DNA of 55,356 nt from an uncultured Gammaproteobacteria bacterium (GCA_964637955.1 CAZWXQ010000007.1:1-55356), one strand, 5' to 3'. Shown: positions 8,978 to 18,119, counted from the first letter of the stretch. A program made the numbers and translations. Notes: generated from the letters alone by a model not told the origin.

Positions 8978-9943
8978 TTATAGTTTATTTACTTGTAAAA
9001 AATCAAGCTCAACAGGTGTTTCGCGACCGAAAATAGAGACTAATACTTTAAGTTTTCCTTTAGCTTCATCGATGTTATCAATAGTTCCTAAGAAGTCTGA
9101 GAAAGGTCCATCAACTATCTTTACAGCTTCGCCAATAGTGAATGAAGTCTTGTAAAGAGGTTCTTCCTCGTTCATAAACTTCATGATTGCTTCAACTTCT
9201 TTTTCTGAAATTGGAGTAGGTTTGTTGCCAGCTCCGATAAATGCAGTTACTCCTTGAGTGGTTCTAATAAGAAGCCATGATTCATCGTCAAGCGCCATAT
9301 TTACAAGAACATATCCTGGAAATATCTTTTCTTTTACAGTTTCTTTTTTACCCTGAGAAACTTTAATAGTATTTCTAGTAGGGACTATGATGTCAAAAAT
9401 TCTATTTTCAAATCCTAGAGACTGAACTCTTTGCTTTATAGACTTTGCAACTTTGTTTTCATGTCCAGAATAAGTGTGGACGATGTACCATCTAGCATTA
9501 ACGTTATCATCTTGATTTAAAATTTTCTTAGCTTCTTCAAGTTTTTCATCAGGATCTTCAACGGGAAGCATTTGCGTATCTTCTTTGATCATCTCTTCTG
9601 TAAGAGTTTCTGGAGTTTCATTTATTTCTTCAGGTTTTTGATTTGCGCCTTTCATCTCGACCATTTGAGTATCTTCTTTAATCTGATCTTCTGTTAAGCT
9701 TTCTGGAGCATCATTTACTTCTTCTACATCATCAGATAAGCCTTCAGTAGAAGCCATCTGTACATCTTCCTTGATCATCTCTGCTGTTAATTCATCAGCA
9801 GGTTCATTTGGAGCTTCATTTGAATTCGCATCATCAGGAAGGGGAACCATGTTTGTGTCTTCCTGGATTTGCTCATCAGTTAAGACCGAAGTTTGATCTT
9901 CGGTTGTGTCTTTTTGGTTCTGTATTTTTTTATTGTCGTCCAT
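8978..9943 (-). CDS. nusG: transcription termination/antitermination factor NusG with ~150-aa acidic repeat N-terminal extension
   Basis: The C-terminal ~170 aa form the NGN domain (WYIVHTYSGHENKV) and KOW domain (GEAVKIVDGPFSDFLGTIDNID...KLKVLVSIFGRETPVEL). It sits directly downstream of secE. Confidence 0.9.
   Translation of the reverse strand: MDDNKKIQNQKDTTEDQTSVLTDEQIQEDTNMVPLPDDANSNEAPNEPADELTAEMIKEDVQMASTEGLSDDVEEVNDAPESLTEDQIKEDTQMVEMKGANQKPEEINETPETLTEEMIKEDTQMLPVEDPDEKLEEAKKILNQDDNVNARWYIVHTYSGHENKVAKSIKQRVQSLGFENRIFDIIVPTRNTIKVSQGKKETVKEKIFPGYVLVNMALDDESWLLIRTTQGVTAFIGAGNKPTPISEKEVEAIMKFMNEEEPLYKTSFTIGEAVKIVDGPFSDFLGTIDNIDEAKGKLKVLVSIFGRETPVELDFLQVNKL
9524..9889 (-). repeat. about 4 tandem coding repeats (~31-33 aa each) of LT(E/A)(E/D)(Q/M)I(K/Q)ED(T/V)(Q/N)M... 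within the nusG 5' part
   Basis: Protein repeats: LTDEQIQEDTNMV, LTAEMIKEDVQMA, LTEDQIKEDTQMV and LTEEMIKEDTQML, with acidic spacers. Confidence 0.6.
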
Positions 9944-9944
9944 A

Positions 9945-10136
9945 TTATCTACTTACAAGTCTTTCTAGGACTTTAGTTAATAGTAAGTCTATGCCTCCTA
10001 AGAATACTCCAACGATTGCACTTATTACAATAACTGCAACAGTTAGTCTCATGATTTCAGCACGTGTTGGCCATGTAACTTTTTTTAATTCATCTATAGA
10101 TTCTTTTCCAAAGGTAATAGGTGAAATAAATGCCAT
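9945..10136 (-). CDS. secE: preprotein translocase subunit SecE
   Basis: 63 aa with a single C-terminal TM helix preceded by KKVTWPTRAEI. It lies 1 nt upstream of nusG. Confidence 0.8.
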   Translation of the reverse strand: MAFISPITFGKESIDELKKVTWPTRAEIMRLTVAVIVISAIVGVFLGGIDLLLTKVLERLVSR

Positions 10137-10147
10137 AGATATTTAAA

Positions 10148-10168
10148 ATCCGCCCATTTTTGGCGGAT
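10148..10168 (-). promoter_or_regulatory. hairpin ATCCGCC-N7-GGCGGAT just upstream of the secE start
   Basis: A 7-bp perfect inverted repeat. On the minus strand it is followed by TTTAAAT. It could be a 5' UTR structure or attenuator. Confidence 0.25.
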
Positions 10169-10308
10169 ATGTCAATTATTTTAGCAAATAATTGAAGATT
10201 TATCAATAACAAGAGCTTGATGTCAAAAATTGTAGCAATAATTTTGATTGTGATTTTTTCTAAATGATTGAAATTGTTTTCTGAATCAACTATTATTAAA
10301 CTTATCTT

Positions 10309-11202
10309 ATGAAGAAAATTAGAAAGGCAGTTATTCCTTCAGCCGGATTTGGAACCCGTTTTTTGCCTCAGACAAAAGCAATGCCTAAAGAAATGCTTCC
10401 TCTCGTAGACAAGCCCGTCATTCAATTTGTAGTAGAAGAATTAGTTGATGCTGGAATTACTGACATAATTCTTGTTACCGGATACCATAAAAGAACGATT
10501 GAGGATCACTTTGATCAAGCAAGTAAAGATTTGGTAGAAAATCTTAAAGCTGGAGGAGAGAAAAAGGCACCTCTTCTTGAGCAAATAGAAAATATATCAA
10601 AGATGGCCAATTTCGTTTATGTGCGTCAAAAAGGTCCATATGGAAACGGAACTCCACTTATGAATGTCAGGCATCTTATTGGAGACGAGCCTTTTATTTA
10701 TACTTTTTCTGACGATTTTATAGTTGCTGATCCATCTAGATTCAAGCAAATGATCGAACTTTATGAGAGATATGACTCATCTGTTATGGGAAGTATTCGA
10801 GCTAAAACAGATGAGGATTACTCCCGATATGGATTTGCTGGAGGAGATATGCTTGAGGATGGATCAATAGATGTGAAAACATTAATTGAAAAGCCCGGAA
10901 AAGAAAATGCGCCTTCAGATTTAGCTACTGTATCAGGTTCTATATTTACACCAGATATTTTTGATTATTTAGATCAAGTTATGGAAAATTTATCTGAAGG
11001 TCAAGAATTTTATTATAATGATGCATTAAAACTTATGCTTGCAGATGGTAAAAGAATAATTGCTACTGAAATTAGAGGCGGAAAATATTATGATACTGGA
11101 AATAAGCTCGAATATATGAAGACTATTGTAGATCTCGCATTGGAGCATCCTGAAGTTAAGGATCAATTTAGGGAGTATCTTAAAAATCTAAACTTAAATT
11201 AA
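10309..11202 (+). CDS. galU: UTP--glucose-1-phosphate uridylyltransferase
   Basis: N-terminal KAVIPSAGFGTRFLPQTKAMPKEMLPLVDKPVIQ and overall length are typical of GalU. Confidence 0.9.
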   Translation: MKKIRKAVIPSAGFGTRFLPQTKAMPKEMLPLVDKPVIQFVVEELVDAGITDIILVTGYHKRTIEDHFDQASKDLVENLKAGGEKKAPLLEQIENISKMANFVYVRQKGPYGNGTPLMNVRHLIGDEPFIYTFSDDFIVADPSRFKQMIELYERYDSSVMGSIRAKTDEDYSRYGFAGGDMLEDGSIDVKTLIEKPGKENAPSDLATVSGSIFTPDIFDYLDQVMENLSEGQEFYYNDALKLMLADGKRIIATEIRGGKYYDTGNKLEYMKTIVDLALEHPEVKDQFREYLKNLNLN

Positions 11203-14200
11203 TTAGGCCTTGTAACTCGTTCATTTATCATTCTTCCTCTTTCCCATCTTCTTTCTTGTAATTGTTTTGTTGGTAGGTCATCTAGTTTTTCTAATTCCAT
11301 TTTAATCCAGTCACGTAGAAAGCGCACTGAAACTCTAGGGTCTTTGTGAGCTCCACCTTTTCCTTCAGGAATAATTGCATCAATTTGTCCTGTTTCCATT
11401 CTCCCTTGCGATGTCGCATCATGTAATTGATTAAGAAATTCTTCCAAATTATTTTCATCTTTCCATTGCCCAGTCATAATCCACCACTGGACAACCGGAG
11501 CGGAAACAAAGCTTAGAGCATTCTCAAAGTCTGCAGCTGCGTCTGCTGGGTGAATAATAGTATGTCCACCACCGCTGCCATCTATCCCAGTATTTATGCT
11601 CAAAACAGGGTAGGGATAGAGATCTGTTAATTTTATTATTTCAGCAATGTTATTTGATTGTCCTGCTGATTCAGCTTCAGGAGAAGGGTCGGCGCCCTTA
11701 GTATCTCCCAAAAGAATAAGGGGTAATTTTCTTTTTTCAGCAAGTTCCATGATGTGTTTCATGTAAACCCAGTCTTTGGGTTTTTGAGGATCATATACCT
11801 TTTTTTCATTTCCATCACTATTTTTTACTCTTTGTGTCTGATGACCTATTACGCACATTGGTCGACCCTCGATAGAAGTTATAGCTGCAACAACTGTTGG
11901 GTATTGATCAACTCCATCAACGCGTATTGAATTGCTTAAGAAAAAAGCATCATCAAATAGTTCAGAGCGAGTATCTATTAAGTCAGCTGTTGTAGGTCTA
12001 TCCGGATGCTGAATGATTTCAAGACGTTTCATTATGGGTAGATTTTCAGGTCTTGGAGGTAAAATAATTTCTCCTTTTGAAGGTTTATGACTATCCCAAA
12101 GTGTTCCTCCTACTTTATTTCTGATCCATGCAACGAAAGTTTGTCCTGGTTGATCAGGTTTAGTTGTTCTGTCAAATGCTTCTCTCTGTCCAATTGTTTC
12201 TCTAGGTGCAAAAACTATATTAGGATCTGTAATTGTCGCTGGATCATTTAAGATGTGCATTAAATGAGCAATTTTTTCAGAAGCAACTTCAAGATTTGGA
12301 GTAACAATATCAACTGTTCTATCCCAGAAGCAACTTATGGAGGTATGTGTTCCAGGAGGTAGGACTTGATATGCGTCACTTGCTCTATCAGATTGTGGAT
12401 CAAGTCCAAGAGATTTTGCTACAATAAAAGGACCTGTAAAGCCCTTTCTCGTATTTGCTTCAACTATAATTTTTAAATCAGCAACTCCGGCAAAGCTTGC
12501 AGGAACTCCTCCATATACTCCTCCAACGTCAACATTTATATGCATAGAAGGGGGATACTTGTTAAGTGCCTGGATAGTGGTTCTCATTTGGTGGAGAGCT
12601 ATTGTGTTTTGTTGTTGCTCAGCGCCTCCTGAGCTAACTATCGTAACTAGTGGTAACCCTTCTGAATTAGCAAGTTTACATGCATCTTCAAAAGCAGTGC
12701 CTTCATCGATTCCTAGTTGTCCATCAAGGCGATAGAGTATGTATCTAATTCCGTCACGTTCATAAAATCCATATTCAGCATAGGATTCACTGTCTCTTCT
12801 TGCAGCCATTTCTTGCCTGTACTGACTATATGATATAGGTTCATCAGAATTTCTTCTTGGAACTTTTACGTCCTGAGGAAGAAGTTCAATTGCGAGCTTT
12901 CTAGAAGGAGGAAGTACAGTAAAGACTCCGCCATCAATAAATCTTTCTAATCCTCTTGATTTTTCTTTAAGTTTATTATTCCACCACCTTTCTATAAAAG
13001 TTGTTGTCATGGTGGAATTGGTAAATTCTGGGGTAGCTAATAACTCAATTAATAGCTCTCTGTTGCTGGATACTCCAGTGAGCTCTAATTTTATCAAGAA
13101 CTCAATTAATTTGTTTCTCGCATCCTCTCTATTTTCCCCATGAGCAATTGCTTTAAGTACTGTTGGATCATACCAAGAAGAAATTTCGTCCCCCTCAGAA
13201 ACACCTGCTTCTACGCGTATGCCTGGAGTTTCTGGAACTCGAAGCATATCAAGTTTTCCAGGGCTTAATTCAAATCCTTTTCTCGGGTTCTCAGCATAAA
13301 CACGAGCTTCTATAGTGTGACCATTGGGGGAAATGTCTTTTTGGGCTAATTTTAGTTTTCTTCCTTCAGCAATGTCTATCATCAGCCCTACTATGTCGAC
13401 TCCTGTTTGCTCTTCGGTTACAGGATGTTCGACCTGAATTCGAGGATTTATTTCCATAAAATACCAAGCAGGTTCATTTGTCTTGCCTTGTCTATCTGTA
13501 TCCACGATAAATTCCCAAGTGCCAACTCCTCTATAATCAATATCTTTTGCAAAGTTAATAGCAGCTTTTTGAATAGTACGAGCAAGCTTTGGACTTATAT
13601 TTGGAGAAGGAGATTCCTCAATGATTTTCTGGTGACGGCGTTGCATGGTGCAATCCCTTTCGCCAAGTGAAACAACATTGCCATAGTTATCCGCTGCAAT
13701 TTGAACTTCAACATGAACAGCATTTGCTATCAAGTGTTCCATATAAACTTCCCTGTTGCCGTCTCTCATGCGAAGTTGACGATATGCGCTTTCAAGTTCT
13801 GCTTTGTCTTTGACCACTAAATTGCCCATGCCTCCACCAGTATCTGGATCTTTAAGCATGACTGGATAAGTTAAAGCCTCAGCGCTCTTGGATGCGTCTC
13901 GAAATGTAGCGAGATTACCAGTTCCTTCTAAAACCGGAATGTGAGATAAGGGTCCAATTTTTACCTTTTTTGCGGTTTCGCGGGCTTTTATTTTATTTCC
14001 TGCTAAATCCATAACAGGGGAAGGGGGAGCAAGTACTCTTATTTTTGCTTCCTCACATTTTCTTATGAAGTCTGCATTTTCTGAAAGAAATCCATATCCT
14101 AAAAAGATAGCGTCACACTGTCGAAATGTTGCTTCTTCCAGAATTTTATCAGGATCAGAATAAGACTCTTGTGCAGAAGTTCCTCCTATTGGAGCGAGTT

Positions 14201-14393
14201 CCCATCCCTGTTGATCTGCAATTCTAGTAATCAGTGCATCTGAATCTTCGAGAGAATAAGGAATTACAGCAGAAATATTTCTTTCTTGACAGGCGCGAGC
14301 TGCTCTTACTGCTATTTCTCCTCGATTGGCAATAAAAAGTTTCTGTATTGGAGTAATAACTTCGGCTTGATGTTCATGTTCTATAGTTGGCAT
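11199..14393 (-). CDS. fused biotin carboxylase (ATP-grasp) + carboxyltransferase (AccD-like and AccA-like halves) protein, no carrier domain
   Basis: 1064 aa. The N-terminal part (KLFIANRGEIAVRAARA...EMNPRIQVEHPVTE) is biotin carboxylase. The middle part (SSGGAEQQQNTIALHQM...GFTGPFIV) is AccD-like. The C-terminal part (LLGDTKGADPSPEAESAGQSNNIAE...GSGGGH) is AccA-like. Confidence 0.8.
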   Translation of the reverse strand: MPTIEHEHQAEVITPIQKLFIANRGEIAVRAARACQERNISAVIPYSLEDSDALITRIADQQGWELAPIGGTSAQESYSDPDKILEEATFRQCDAIFLGYGFLSENADFIRKCEEAKIRVLAPPSPVMDLAGNKIKARETAKKVKIGPLSHIPVLEGTGNLATFRDASKSAEALTYPVMLKDPDTGGGMGNLVVKDKAELESAYRQLRMRDGNREVYMEHLIANAVHVEVQIAADNYGNVVSLGERDCTMQRRHQKIIEESPSPNISPKLARTIQKAAINFAKDIDYRGVGTWEFIVDTDRQGKTNEPAWYFMEINPRIQVEHPVTEEQTGVDIVGLMIDIAEGRKLKLAQKDISPNGHTIEARVYAENPRKGFELSPGKLDMLRVPETPGIRVEAGVSEGDEISSWYDPTVLKAIAHGENREDARNKLIEFLIKLELTGVSSNRELLIELLATPEFTNSTMTTTFIERWWNNKLKEKSRGLERFIDGGVFTVLPPSRKLAIELLPQDVKVPRRNSDEPISYSQYRQEMAARRDSESYAEYGFYERDGIRYILYRLDGQLGIDEGTAFEDACKLANSEGLPLVTIVSSGGAEQQQNTIALHQMRTTIQALNKYPPSMHINVDVGGVYGGVPASFAGVADLKIIVEANTRKGFTGPFIVAKSLGLDPQSDRASDAYQVLPPGTHTSISCFWDRTVDIVTPNLEVASEKIAHLMHILNDPATITDPNIVFAPRETIGQREAFDRTTKPDQPGQTFVAWIRNKVGGTLWDSHKPSKGEIILPPRPENLPIMKRLEIIQHPDRPTTADLIDTRSELFDDAFFLSNSIRVDGVDQYPTVVAAITSIEGRPMCVIGHQTQRVKNSDGNEKKVYDPQKPKDWVYMKHIMELAEKRKLPLILLGDTKGADPSPEAESAGQSNNIAEIIKLTDLYPYPVLSINTGIDGSGGGHTIIHPADAAADFENALSFVSAPVVQWWIMTGQWKDENNLEEFLNQLHDATSQGRMETGQIDAIIPEGKGGAHKDPRVSVRFLRDWIKMELEKLDDLPTKQLQERRWERGRMINERVTRPN

Positions 14394-14398
14394 ATATA

Positions 14399-14947
14399 TT
14401 ATGATCTTTCAGTTTTTTCTACGTAACAAAGCACAGTTCCTGGCTCTACATCTTGTCCATCAGTTGCCGCATATCCAATAAAAGTTGCACCTTGAGGAAA
14501 TTTATCTCTTGGAAGTCTTATCATAAATCTTGTACCTTTTCCCTTTGTTGCTACTCCCAGCGGAGCATCAGCTGCAATCCAATCATCTGCTCCTACCATC
14601 GGATTTCCGTCAGTTGGATTTATCGTAGAAAATTTTCCGTTATAACCTGCCATAAGAGGAGTGCCGCTACGTAGCTCAGCGCCTTTATCCCAGTCCCCAG
14701 TAAGTTCGATTCTGAGTTCGCGGGTAGCTCCATCTCTTGAGAGATTAACACTTAACACTTGAGGATTTTCTCCAAGGGACGTAACTTGCAAAGAAGCTGA
14801 AACATCAGTTCCACTTTCGACTAGACCAACGACTGCATCTATTAAAGGTTTTCCAAAAATAGGAGTAGCTGCCTGAAGTCGTTCCGCAGGGGTTCCAACT
14901 TGTGGGTAAATTTCACTTCGACTTGCTCGATTTTCTCTTTCTGCCAT
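14399..14947 (-). CDS. possible atypical biotin/lipoyl-carrier-like protein
   Basis: 182 aa. The C-terminal ~85 aa (TPLMAGYNGKF...PLGVATKGKGTRFMIRLP...GATFIGYAATDGQDVEPGTVLCYVEK) resemble a biotinyl-domain hairpin. ATKGKG replaces the canonical (E)AMKM. It sits between birA and the carboxylase. Confidence 0.35.
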   Translation of the reverse strand: MAERENRASRSEIYPQVGTPAERLQAATPIFGKPLIDAVVGLVESGTDVSASLQVTSLGENPQVLSVNLSRDGATRELRIELTGDWDKGAELRSGTPLMAGYNGKFSTINPTDGNPMVGADDWIAADAPLGVATKGKGTRFMIRLPRDKFPQGATFIGYAATDGQDVEPGTVLCYVEKTERS

Positions 14948-15790
14948 TTAAATAATCCTCACTTTCATATTTGTGTTAAATTGATTAAATACGACTAGGC
15001 CTTTTGAGGTTTCTACTCTAAGTCCAAGGCCAATTTTCGCTTCAATGGCTCTACCAATTGTCGTATTTTCACCGTGAGTCACTTCAACATCTCTTCCTAA
15101 AACAGAAGATAATTTTTGCCAAAGCTCGTCGTATGTTTCTCGAGCTGCCGGATTTGTCTGTATAATTTCTGCATCAGGCCCAATATCTGCGATATTACTT
15201 AAAATTCCTAAAACCAAATTTTTCCTTGAAACTGGGTTTGTCTGCAAAATATCAAGGGATACTGCTCCATAATCAGAAGGAGGGAGTTCAGATTTTTCTT
15301 GATGCACATTAATGCCAATTCCTACATTTGCACCCAAAAATTTATTTTGATCATCATAGATAGCTCTAGTTAAGATTCCTCCAAGTTTTTTATCTTCATA
15401 AACGATGTCGTTGGGCCACTTAAGTTGTATTGGCAGGCCACTTAACTCTCTTAATGTCTGACATGCGTTTAGGGCTACGAGATCTGCATAGGTCGTTAGA
15501 CTGCTTTCGTCTGGGTTCAGTCGAATACTCATTAAAACTGATTTTCCCGGACTGTCGTGCCATGCTCGTCCTTCGCGCCCAACTCCATTAGTTTGATGAT
15601 CAGTAAGTGCAACAATGTTAGAAGCATCTCCACTAAGAGCATGTTCATCAACGGTAGACATAGTAGTAGGAGTTTGAGGAGAAAAAATCAGCTTAAAGCC
15701 AAGACGTTCTATTTCTTGAGTTAATTCAAGAACATCATAAGCGTCAATTAATAAAGGAGCAGGAGCTAATTCAAATGGGCTTGTAGACAT
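14948..15790 (-). CDS. birA: biotin--[acetyl-CoA-carboxylase] ligase, class I (no N-terminal HTH)
   Basis: GVGREGRAW (a GRGRxGRxW-type loop) and KWPNDI motifs. 280 aa. Confidence 0.85.
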   Translation of the reverse strand: MSTSPFELAPAPLLIDAYDVLELTQEIERLGFKLIFSPQTPTTMSTVDEHALSGDASNIVALTDHQTNGVGREGRAWHDSPGKSVLMSIRLNPDESSLTTYADLVALNACQTLRELSGLPIQLKWPNDIVYEDKKLGGILTRAIYDDQNKFLGANVGIGINVHQEKSELPPSDYGAVSLDILQTNPVSRKNLVLGILSNIADIGPDAEIIQTNPAARETYDELWQKLSSVLGRDVEVTHGENTTIGRAIEAKIGLGLRVETSKGLVVFNQFNTNMKVRII

Positions 15791-15800
15791 AAAGTGCCTT

Positions 15801-16529
15801 GTGGGGCATTTTATATCAAAAAAAGGAACTAATCAAGGCTATTTAAGCTTCTTTGCGCTTGGTATAATAATAATTGTGAAGCGGGCTTCCTTATTACAAC
15901 TTTCATTATTCATGTTTTTTCTCTTTTTTGTGTTTACTTTTTTTGTTTACTTAAATATAAGTGCACTTGCAACGCTTGATTACAAAACTACTGAATTATC
16001 TCAAAAACTAATTCCAAATTTATTCATAATGCCATTTTCTTTTTTCAGTGTTTTAGGATCTGCTGAATTTACAGGAATCTTTTTGCTTATATTATTATTT
16101 CTGTTTCTTAGGACCAAGAAGTTGGTAATAGTTGTTTTCATGTTCGTTTTTATGGGACTTGTTGAAATCTTTGGTAAAACTGTAATAAATCAGCCAGGTC
16201 CACCATTATATTTTCATAAAACTAGTATGCTTTTAGGTTTGCCTTCAAGTGGCGTTTCTGCAGATTTTTTCGCTTATCCATCAGGACATAGTGCACGTAC
16301 TGCATTTGTATCAGGCATTTTAATTCTTGTGATTTGGTTAAATTCCAGGCTTTCAAGAGAAATTAAAATGATTCTGATAGGCGGAGTTTTAATTTTTGAT
16401 TTAATTATGTTTTCAAGTAGAGTTTATTTGGGCGAGCATTGGGCAAGCGATGTTTTGGGAGGATTATTATTAGGTTTTTCTATGGCACTACTAACCTCAT
16501 TTTTCCTTATCAAGGAGTCATCTAAGTAA
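15801..16529 (+). CDS. PAP2-family membrane phosphatase
   Basis: Multi-TM protein with the PSGHSARTAF and SRVYLGEHWASDV acid-phosphatase motifs. The GTG start in the track is uncertain. Confidence 0.7.
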   Translation: MGHFISKKGTNQGYLSFFALGIIIIVKRASLLQLSLFMFFLFFVFTFFVYLNISALATLDYKTTELSQKLIPNLFIMPFSFFSVLGSAEFTGIFLLILLFLFLRTKKLVIVVFMFVFMGLVEIFGKTVINQPGPPLYFHKTSMLLGLPSSGVSADFFAYPSGHSARTAFVSGILILVIWLNSRLSREIKMILIGGVLIFDLIMFSSRVYLGEHWASDVLGGLLLGFSMALLTSFFLIKESSK

Positions 16530-16550
16530 TTTGAAATAACTTGGCAATAC

Positions 16551-16568
16551 CTTTGGTCATGACCAAAA
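16551..16568 (+). terminator. 18-nt perfect palindrome CTTTGGTCATGACCAAAG 22 nt after the PAP2 gene stop
   Basis: Read directly. There is no clear U-tract, so the terminator call is weak. Confidence 0.25.
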
Positions 16569-16652
16569 GTATAAGTAGCTCTAGAACTCGTTACGGCATC
16601 TCTCGTTAAGAAGTTACTAATAAGAAAAACTAAAACTCATCGCCTCTGGCAA

Positions 16653-16664
16653 TTGGTTAATAGA
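16653..16664 (+). repeat. left copy of the direct repeat flanking the high-GC island (TTGGTTA-ATAGA, core GTTAATAGA 16656-16664)
   Basis: The same 9-mer GTTAATAGA recurs at 19253-19261. TTGGTTA also recurs at 19246-19252. Confidence 0.35.
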
Positions 16665-16670
16665 TTTTTA

Positions 16671-16741
16671 AGCAAGAAAAGCCCCCTCTATTATGAATTA
16701 TCCCGCGAAACGCGGACCCGCCTGTTGGCGGGAGAGGGGGC
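16671..16741 (-). terminator. branched GC-rich terminator after lemA
   Basis: The outer stem is GCCCCCTCT (16681-16689) / AGAGGGGGC (16733-16741). It encloses hairpins CCGCG-AAA-CGCGG (16703-16715) and CCCGCC-TGTT-GGCGGG (16717-16732). On the minus strand it is followed by TTTTCTT. All read directly. Confidence 0.5.
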
Positions 16742-16774
16742 ACTAAGTCGGCTACATGGGTCTAGGCACGTTTC

Positions 16775-17356
16775 CTAGGGTGCCGGAGAGACTCCGACTC
16801 TGCTGGGCGGCAAGGTCGCCCGAGGGTTTTCGTCTTCCCCGAGAACGTGCTCGTCCGGCCAGAAGAGGCCGATGGGCACGAAGAGCACGCGGCTTCGGTT
16901 GTACGCGGTCTGCGCGTTGATCAGCTCACCCCTGGCATAGGTGATGCGGTTGACCGAGCCTGCGGTCTCATCGAAGAGTCCACGCTGGATCTCCGTGAGC
17001 CCGATGTTCGGGTAGTTCTCCACGAAGGAGCGGAGTGCGAAGAAGGCCTGCGCGGCGTTCTCCACGTTGCCAGGATCGGATGTGTCGCCTTGCGACGCTG
17101 TGTCGAAGGCACTTCGAGCGCTGGCGATCTCCTCGATGAGATCTCGCTGGAGATCGACGGTCACGTTGAACTGCTGCTCAAGCCTGGGCAGTAGTTCGCT
17201 TGCGCGTTCGATCTGGTTCCAGATCTCAGCGGTTTTGCCGCGGATAGTCTCTTGGCCACCAGCGAGGGATGCGTATCCCACGACCTGGTAGGCACCGAAG
17301 AGCCCCGCGATGACGAGTACGATGAGGGAGATCATCCCACATCCACGCATGATCAC
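16775..17356 (-). CDS. lemA: LemA-family protein
   Basis: 193 aa. N-terminal TM helix, then a helical region with ...VENYPNIGLTEIQRGLFDETAGSVNRITYARGELINAQTAYNRSRVLFVP..., resembling the LemA consensus. GTG start. Located upstream of the terminator and downstream of two TPM genes, the usual neighbourhood. Confidence 0.65.
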   Translation of the reverse strand: MIMRGCGMISLIVLVIAGLFGAYQVVGYASLAGGQETIRGKTAEIWNQIERASELLPRLEQQFNVTVDLQRDLIEEIASARSAFDTASQGDTSDPGNVENAAQAFFALRSFVENYPNIGLTEIQRGLFDETAGSVNRITYARGELINAQTAYNRSRVLFVPIGLFWPDEHVLGEDENPRATLPPSRVGVSPAP

Positions 17357-17376
17357 CTTGTGATCCCTTTCTGGCG

Positions 17377-18111
17377 TTAGCCGCCTGAACCGCCGCCGCC
17401 GGAGCTTCCTCCGCCGCCGAATGAACCACCACCCGAGCTCGAGCTAGATGAACTGCCCGAGTAGTAAGACCCCCCGTATCCAGTAGCGCCTCTTAGAGCA
17501 CCAGCTAGGACTACGAGGCCCAAGAAGATGAGTACCCATACCCACCATGGCCAGCCCGAGTCGGGAGATTTGAGGTCTCTGAACTCATCGGCTTCCGGTT
17601 GGGTGAGGAAGTCAGCGAACTTCGTAGCAAGTTGGACGAGTCCGTCTTGCCACTTTCCGTCCTTCCGTAGAGGGTTGAAGAAGTTCTCCCGAAAAAGGGT
17701 GAACTTTGAATCGGGAAGAAGTCCTTCCATGCCTTTGCCGGTAGCGACGAAGATGTAGGGCTTGGGGTCGTTCTTGGATCCCGGACGGTCGAGAAGTACC
17801 ATGATCGTGAGACCATTGTCCTTTTCGGCCGAGCCGATACCGTTCTCATTGGCGACTTTGGTCGCGAACTGAGCCGGATCTGAGTTGATGTCCTTGAAGA
17901 ACACGCCTGCGAGCTGGAAGCCCAGAGTGCCAATCCTATCGGACTGTGCCCTCAATGCCTCCAGGGTTTCGCCGGGAACAGTGCCTGTGGTATCCACCCA
18001 GCCTCGATCACTCTTCGTGATTTGAGGAATGGAGGGATCCGCGGACCCTGAGCAGCCAGCGAGCAGTAGGGTCAGGAAGATGATTACGCCGAAGAGATTC
18101 CGGAGCCTCAT
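17377..18111 (-). CDS. TPM-domain (YgcG-like) lipoprotein with TM helix and Gly/Ser-rich tail
   Basis: Lipobox LLLAGCSG. TPM-like core GIGSAEKDNGLTIMVLLDR...YIFVATGKGMEGLLPDS...FNPLRKDGKWQDGL. TM helix and a GGGSFGGGGSSGGGGSGG tail. Confidence 0.75.
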   Translation of the reverse strand: MRLRNLFGVIIFLTLLLAGCSGSADPSIPQITKSDRGWVDTTGTVPGETLEALRAQSDRIGTLGFQLAGVFFKDINSDPAQFATKVANENGIGSAEKDNGLTIMVLLDRPGSKNDPKPYIFVATGKGMEGLLPDSKFTLFRENFFNPLRKDGKWQDGLVQLATKFADFLTQPEADEFRDLKSPDSGWPWWVWVLIFLGLVVLAGALRGATGYGGSYYSGSSSSSSSGGGSFGGGGSSGGGGSGG

Positions 18112-18119
18112 CTTACTGG

